Shown here in pieces: positions 56,568 through 64,000 of a stretch of DNA of 64,000 bases. The stretch is taken from NCBI GenBank assembly GCA_964016885.1, contig OZ024754.1, forward strand, positions 25,358,001 through 25,422,000. Reading direction: 5' to 3'. Origin of the DNA: Eledone cirrhosa. Lineage: Eukaryota. The translations under genes were made by a program, and so were the position numbers. The number at the start of each line of letters is the position of its first letter. The stretch's first letter is position 1. The notes below the pieces were generated by a model, which did no database searches, was not told the origin of the DNA, and saw only the letters and a list, made by a program, of their open reading frames with translations.

Positions 56568-57611
56568 CATACAGGCACACATATATATATATTACGTATC
56601 AGTTTAGCAAACATTTATTATAATGCTCGCTTTGTCCGTTTGTAAACAAACGGACAGCCTGATTTATGCCGTACGGTGTTAAGCCAACCACGTCACCTTT
56701 TTGTTCAACACTGAAACAGGAACGATGTACTAGTTTCAAGTTTGTTAGCTATCGTCAGCACCGTATACCCTTCTGCCAGATCGTTGAACGTTCGAAAGTA
56801 TATACTTTCCTTATGAAAATTAACGGCTGAGCAGCCTAATTTGCATATCGAGTGAGTTCAGTCGGCCAGGTGCACCGAAAATGATAAAATGGAACAGAAT
56901 GAAATGAAATTTCATTTCTCACTCTTAGTACGGCACTTACTTAAATGTAAGTATGTATGTATACGTACATACATATATGCATACAGACGTACAGTAGCAT
57001 GTATATATATATATATATATATACATACAGGCACACATATATATATATTACGTATCAGTTTAGCGAACAGTTTAGATGCAGAATATGGCAGCGATAATGA
57101 GGGACAGAGACCGCTGGAGAGAACTCGTCCATGGATCTCGGGAATTTTACCCGCCTTAGATATATATATATATAGATATATACGTACAGGCACACATATA
57201 TATATGTACGTATCAGTTTAGCGAACATTTATTATAATGCTCGCTTTGTCCGTTTGTAAACAAACGGACAGCCTGATTTATGCCGTACGGTGTTAAGGCA
57301 ACCACGTCACCTTTTTGTTCAACACTGACACAGGAACGATGTACTAGTTTCAAGCTTGTTAGCTATCGTCAGCACCGTATACCCTTCTGCCAGATGGTTG
57401 AACGTTCGAAAGTATATACTTTCCTTATGAAAATTTACGGTTGAGCAGCTAATTTGCATATCGAGTGAGTTCAGTCGGCCAGGCGCACGGAAAACAATAA
57501 AATGGAATAGAATGAAATGAAATGAAATTTCTGACTCTTAGTACGGCACTTACTTAAATGTAAGTATGTATGTATACGTACATACATATATGCATACAGA
57601 CGTACAGTAGC

Positions 57612-57704
<93 letters not shown>

Positions 57705-58287
57705 CAGGCACACATATATATATATTACGTATCAGTTTAGCGAACAGTTTAGATGCAGGATATGGCTGCGATAATGAGGGACAGAGACCGCTGGAGAGAA
57801 CTCGTCCATGGATCTCGGGAATTTTACCCGCCTTAGATATATATATATATATATATACATACAGGCACACATATATATATGTACGTATCAGTTTAGCGAA
57901 CATTTATTATAATGCTCGCTTTGTCCGTTTGTAAACAAACGGACAGCCTGATTTATGCCGTACGGTGTTAAGGCAAACACGTCACCTTTTTGTTCAACAC
58001 TGACACAGGAACGATGTACTAGTTTCAAGCTTGTTAGCTATCGTCAGCACCGTATACCCTTCTGCCAGATGGTTGAACGTTCGAAAGTATATACTTTCCT
58101 TATGAAAATTAAAGGTTGAGCAGCCTAGTTTGCATATCGAGTGAGTTCAGTCGGCCAGGCGCACGGAAAACGATAAAATGGAATAGAATGAAATGAAATT
58201 TCATTTCTGACTCTTAGTACGGCACTTACTTAAATGTAAGTATGTATGTATACGTACATACATATATGCATACAGACGTACAGTAGC

Positions 58288-58386
<99 letters not shown>

Positions 58387-59266
58387 CATACAGGCACACA
58401 TATATATATATAACGTATCAGTTTAGCAAACATTTATTATAATGCTCGCTTTGTCCGTTTGTAAACAAACGGACAGCCTGGTTTATGCCGTACGGTGTTA
58501 AGCCAACCACGTCACCTTTTTGTTCAACACTGAAACAGGAACGATGTACTAGTTTCAAGTTTGTTAGCTATCGTCAGCACCGTATACCCTTCTGCCAGAT
58601 CGTTGAACGTTCGAAAGTATATACTTTCCTTATGAAAATTAACGGCTGAGCAGCCTAATTTGCATATCAAGTGAGTTCAGTCGGCCAGGTGCACCGAAAA
58701 TGATAAAATGGAACAGAATGAAATGAAATTTCATTTCTCACTCTTAGTACGGCACTTACTTAAATGTAAGTATGTATGTATACGTACATACATATATGCA
58801 TACAGACGTACAGTAGCATGTATATATATATATATACATAAAGGCACACATATATATATGTACGTATCAGTTTAGCGAACATTTATTATAATGCTCGCTT
58901 TGTCCGTTTGTAAACAAACGGACAGCCTTATTTATTTCGTACGGTGTTAAGGCAACAACGTCACCTTTATGTTCAACACTGACACAGGAACGATGTACTA
59001 GTTTCAAGCTTGTTAGCTATCGTCAGCACCGTATACCCTTCTGCCAGATGGTTGAACGTTCGAAAGTATATACTTTCCTTATGAAAATTAAAGGTTGAGC
59101 AGCCTAATTTGCATATCGAGTGAGTTCAGTCGGCCAGGCGCACCGAAAACGATAAAATGGAATAGAATGAAATGAAATGAAATTTCTGACTCTTAGTACG
59201 GCACTTACTTAAATGTAAGTATGTATGTATACGTACATACATATATGCATACAGACGTACAGTAGC

Positions 59267-59339
<73 letters not shown>

Positions 59340-60215
59340 CATACAGGCACACATATATATATATTACGTATCAGTTTAGCAAACATTTATTATAATGCTC
59401 GCTTTGTCCGTTTGTAAACAAACGGACAGACTGATTTATGCCGTACGGTGTTAAGCCAACCACGTCACCTTTTTGTTCAACACTGAAAAAGGAAAGATGT
59501 ACTAGTTTCAAGTTTGTTAGCTATCGGCAGCACCGTATACCCTTCTGCCAGATCGTTGAACGTTCGAAAGTATATACTTTCCTTATGAAAATTAACGGCT
59601 GAGCAGCCTAATTTGCATATCGAGTGAGTTCAGTCGGCCAGGTGCACCGAAAATGATAAAATGGAACAGAATGAAATGAAATTTCATTTCTCACTCTTAG
59701 TACGGCACTTACTTAAATGTAAGTATGTATGTATACGTACATACATATATGCATACAGACGTACAGTAGCATGTATATATATATACATAAAGGCACACAT
59801 ATATATATGTACGTATCAGTTTAGCGAACATTTATTATAATGCTCGCTTTGTCCGTTTGTAAACCAACGGACAGCCTTATTTATTCCGTACGGTGTTAAG
59901 GCAACAGCGTCACCTTTATGTTCAACACTGACACAGGAACGATGTACTAGTTTCAAGCTTGTTAGCTATCGTCAGCACCGTATACCCTTCTGCCAGATGG
60001 TTGAACGTTCGAAAGTATATACTTTCCTTATGAAAATTAAAGGTTGAGCAGCCTAATTTGCATATCGAGTGAGTTCAGTCGGCCAGGCGCACCGAAAACG
60101 ATAAAATGGAATAGAATGAAATGAAATGAAATTTTTGACTCTTAGTACGGCACTTACTTAAATGTAAGTATGTATGTATACGTACATACATATATACATA
60201 CAGACGTACAGTAGC

Positions 60216-60314
<99 letters not shown>

Positions 60315-60740
60315 CAGTCACACATATATATATATTACGTATCAGTTTAGCGAACATTGATTATAATGCTCGCTTTGTCCATTTGTAAACAAACGGACAG
60401 CCTGGTTATGCCGTACGGTGTTAAGGCAACCACGTCACCTTTTTGTTCAACACCGACACAGGAACGATGTACTAGTTTCAAGCTTGTTAGATATCATCAG
60501 CACCGTATACCCTTCTGCCAGATGGTTGAACGTTCGAAAGTATATACTTTCCGTATGAAAATTAACGGCTGAGCAGACTAATTTGCATATCGAGTGAGTT
60601 CAGTCGGCCAGGCGCACCGAAAACGATAAAATGGAATAGAATGAAATGAAATGAAATTTCTCACTCTTAGTACGGCACTTACTTAAACGTAAGTATGTAT
60701 GTATACGTAAATACATATATTCATACAGACGTACATTAGC

Positions 60741-60781
<41 letters not shown>

Positions 60782-61207
60782 CAGGCACACATATATATAT
60801 GTACGTATCAGTTTAGCGAACATTTATTATAATGCTCGCTTTGTCCGTTTGTAAACAAACGGACTGCCTGATTTATGCCGTACGGTGTTAAGGCAACCAC
60901 GTCACCTTTTTGTTCAACACTGACACAGGAACGATGTACTAGTTTCAAGCTTGTTAGCTATCGTCAGCACCGTATACCCTTCTGCCAGATGGTTGAACGT
61001 TCGAAAGTATATACTTTCCTTATGAAAATTTACGGTTGAGCAGCCTAATTTGCATATCGAGTGAGTTCAGTCGGCCAGGCGCACGGAAAACGATAAAATG
61101 GAATAGAATGAAATGAAATGAAATTTCTGACTCTTAGTACGGCACTTACTTAAATGTAAGTATGTATGTATACGTACATACATATATGCATACAGACGTA
61201 CAGTAGC

Positions 61208-61282
<75 letters not shown>

Positions 61283-62326
61283 CATACAGGCACACATATA
61301 TATATATTACGTATCAGTTTAGCAAACATTTATTATAATGCTCGCTTTGTCCGTTTGTAAACAAACGGACAGCCTGATTTATGCCGTACGGTGTTAAGCC
61401 AACCACGTCACCTTTTTGTTCAACACTGAAACAGGAACGATGTACTAGTTTCAAGTTTGTTAGCTATCGTCAGCACCGTATACCCTTCTGCCAGATCGTT
61501 GAACGTTCGAAAGTATATACTTTCCTTATGAAAATTAACGGCTGAGCAGCCTAATTTGCATATCGAGTGAGTTCAGTCGGCCAGGTGCACCGAAAATGAT
61601 AAAATGGAACAGAATGAAATGAAATTTCATTTCTCACTCTTAGTACGGCACTTACTTAAATGTAAGTATGTATGTATACGTACATACATATATGCATACA
61701 GACGTACAGTAGCATGTATATATATATATATATATATACATACAGGCACACATATATATATATTACGTATCAGTTTAGCGAACAGTTTAGATGCAGAATA
61801 TGGCAGCGATAATGAGGGACAGAGACCGCTGGAGAGAACTCGTCCATGGATCTCGGGAATTTTACCCGCCTTAGATATATATATATATAGATATATACGT
61901 ACAGGCACACATATATATATGTACGTATCAGTTTAGCGAACATTTATTATAATGCTCGCTTTGTCCGTTTGTAAACAAACGGACAGCCTGATTTATGCCG
62001 TACGGTGTTAAGGCAACCACGTCACCTTTTTGTTCAACACTGACACAGGAACGATGTACTAGTTTCAAGCTTGTTAGCTATCGTCAGCACCGTATACCCT
62101 TCTGCCAGATGGTTGAACGTTCGAAAGTATATACTTTCCTTATGAAAATTTACGGTTGAGCAGCTAATTTGCATATCGAGTGAGTTCAGTCGGCCAGGCG
62201 CACGGAAAACAATAAAATGGAATAGAATGAAATGAAATGAAATTTCTGACTCTTAGTACGGCACTTACTTAAATGTAAGTATGTATGTATACGTACATAC
62301 ATATATGCATACAGACGTACAGTAGC

Positions 62327-62399
<73 letters not shown>

Positions 62400-62982
62400 C
62401 AGGCACACATATATATATATTACGTATCAGTTTAGCGAACAGTTTAGATGCAGGATATGGCTGCGATAATGAGGGACAGAGACCGCTGGAGAGAACTCGT
62501 CCATGGATCTCGGGAATTTTACCCGCCTTAGATATATATATATATATATATACATACAGGCACACATATATATATGTACGTATCAGTTTAGCGAACATTT
62601 ATTATAATGCTCGCTTTGTCCGTTTGTAAACAAACGGACAGCCTGATTTATGCCGTACGGTGTTAAGGCAAACACGTCACCTTTTTGTTCAACACTGACA
62701 CAGGAACGATGTACTAGTTTCAAGCTTGTTAGCTATCGTCAGCACCGTATACCCTTCTGCCAGATGGTTGAACGTTCGAAAGTATATACTTTCCTTATGA
62801 AAATTAAAGGTTGAGCAGCCTAGTTTGCATATCGAGTGAGTTCAGTCGGCCAGGCGCACGGAAAACGATAAAATGGAATAGAATGAAATGAAATTTCATT
62901 TCTGACTCTTAGTACGGCACTTACTTAAATGTAAGTATGTATGTATACGTACATACATATATGCATACAGACGTACAGTAGC

Positions 62983-63081
<99 letters not shown>

Positions 63082-63961
63082 CATACAGGCACACATATAT
63101 ATATATAACGTATCAGTTTAGCAAACATTTATTATAATGCTCGCTTTGTCCGTTTGTAAACAAACGGACAGCCTGGTTTATGCCGTACGGTGTTAAGCCA
63201 ACCACGTCACCTTTTTGTTCAACACTGAAACAGGAACGATGTACTAGTTTCAAGTTTGTTAGCTATCGTCAGCACCGTATACCCTTCTGCCAGATCGTTG
63301 AACGTTCGAAAGTATATACTTTCCTTATGAAAATTAACGGCTGAGCAGCCTAATTTGCATATCGAGTGAGTTCAGTCGGCCAGGTGCACCGAAAATGATA
63401 AAATGGAACAGAATGAAATGAAATTTCATTTCTCACTCTTAGTACGGCACTTACTTAAATGTAAGTATGTATGTATACGTACATACATATATGCATACAG
63501 ACGTACAGTAGCATGTATATATATATATATACATAAAGGCACACATATATATATGTACGTATCAGTTTAGCGAACATTTATTATAATGCTCGCTTTGTCC
63601 GTTTGTAAACAAACGGACAGCCTTATTTATTTCGTACGGTGTTAAGGCAACAACGTCACCTTTATGTTCAACACTGACACAGGAACGATGTACTAGTTTC
63701 AAGCTTGTTAGCTATCGTCAGCACCGTATACCCTTCTGCCAGATGGTTGAACGTTCGAAAGTATATACTTTCCTTATGAAAATTAAAGGTTGAGCAGCCT
63801 AATTTGCATATCGAGTGAGTTCAGTCGGCCAGGCGCACCGAAAACGATAAAATGGAATAGAATGAAATGAAATGAAATTTCTGACTCTTAGTACGGCACT
63901 TACTTAAATGTAAGTATGTATGTATACGTACATACATATATGCATACAGACGTACAGTAGC

Positions 63962-64000
<39 letters not shown>

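Overview
Eukaryotic, AT-rich, repeat-only window (invertebrate-like; species not determinable from the sequence) with no host genes. Bases 1-1320 are a degenerate AT-rich direct/inverted repeat. Bases ~1321-34390 (+) and ~51771-64000 (-) are two converging arrays of one ~440-520 bp satellite with a variable (TA)n tract, each organised as a ~4.7 kb higher-order repeat. Between them is a ~17 kb island of Penelope-like retroelements (PLEs; RT plus C-terminal GIY-YIG endonuclease) from three distinct families, all truncated or disrupted. The main finding is that nearly every satellite monomer carries a type I hammerhead ribozyme motif: CUGANGA/GAAA core, palindromic ACUAGU mini helix III, GUA cleavage site and a long extended helix I. 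Each monomer also has an octamer motif and several hairpins. The satellite therefore looks like a retrozyme or non-autonomous PLE-derived ribozyme satellite of roughly 95 units. The adjacent PLE family carries its own hammerhead with a compensatory U3-A8 core. All folds were read by eye, and no activity or novelty is demonstrated.
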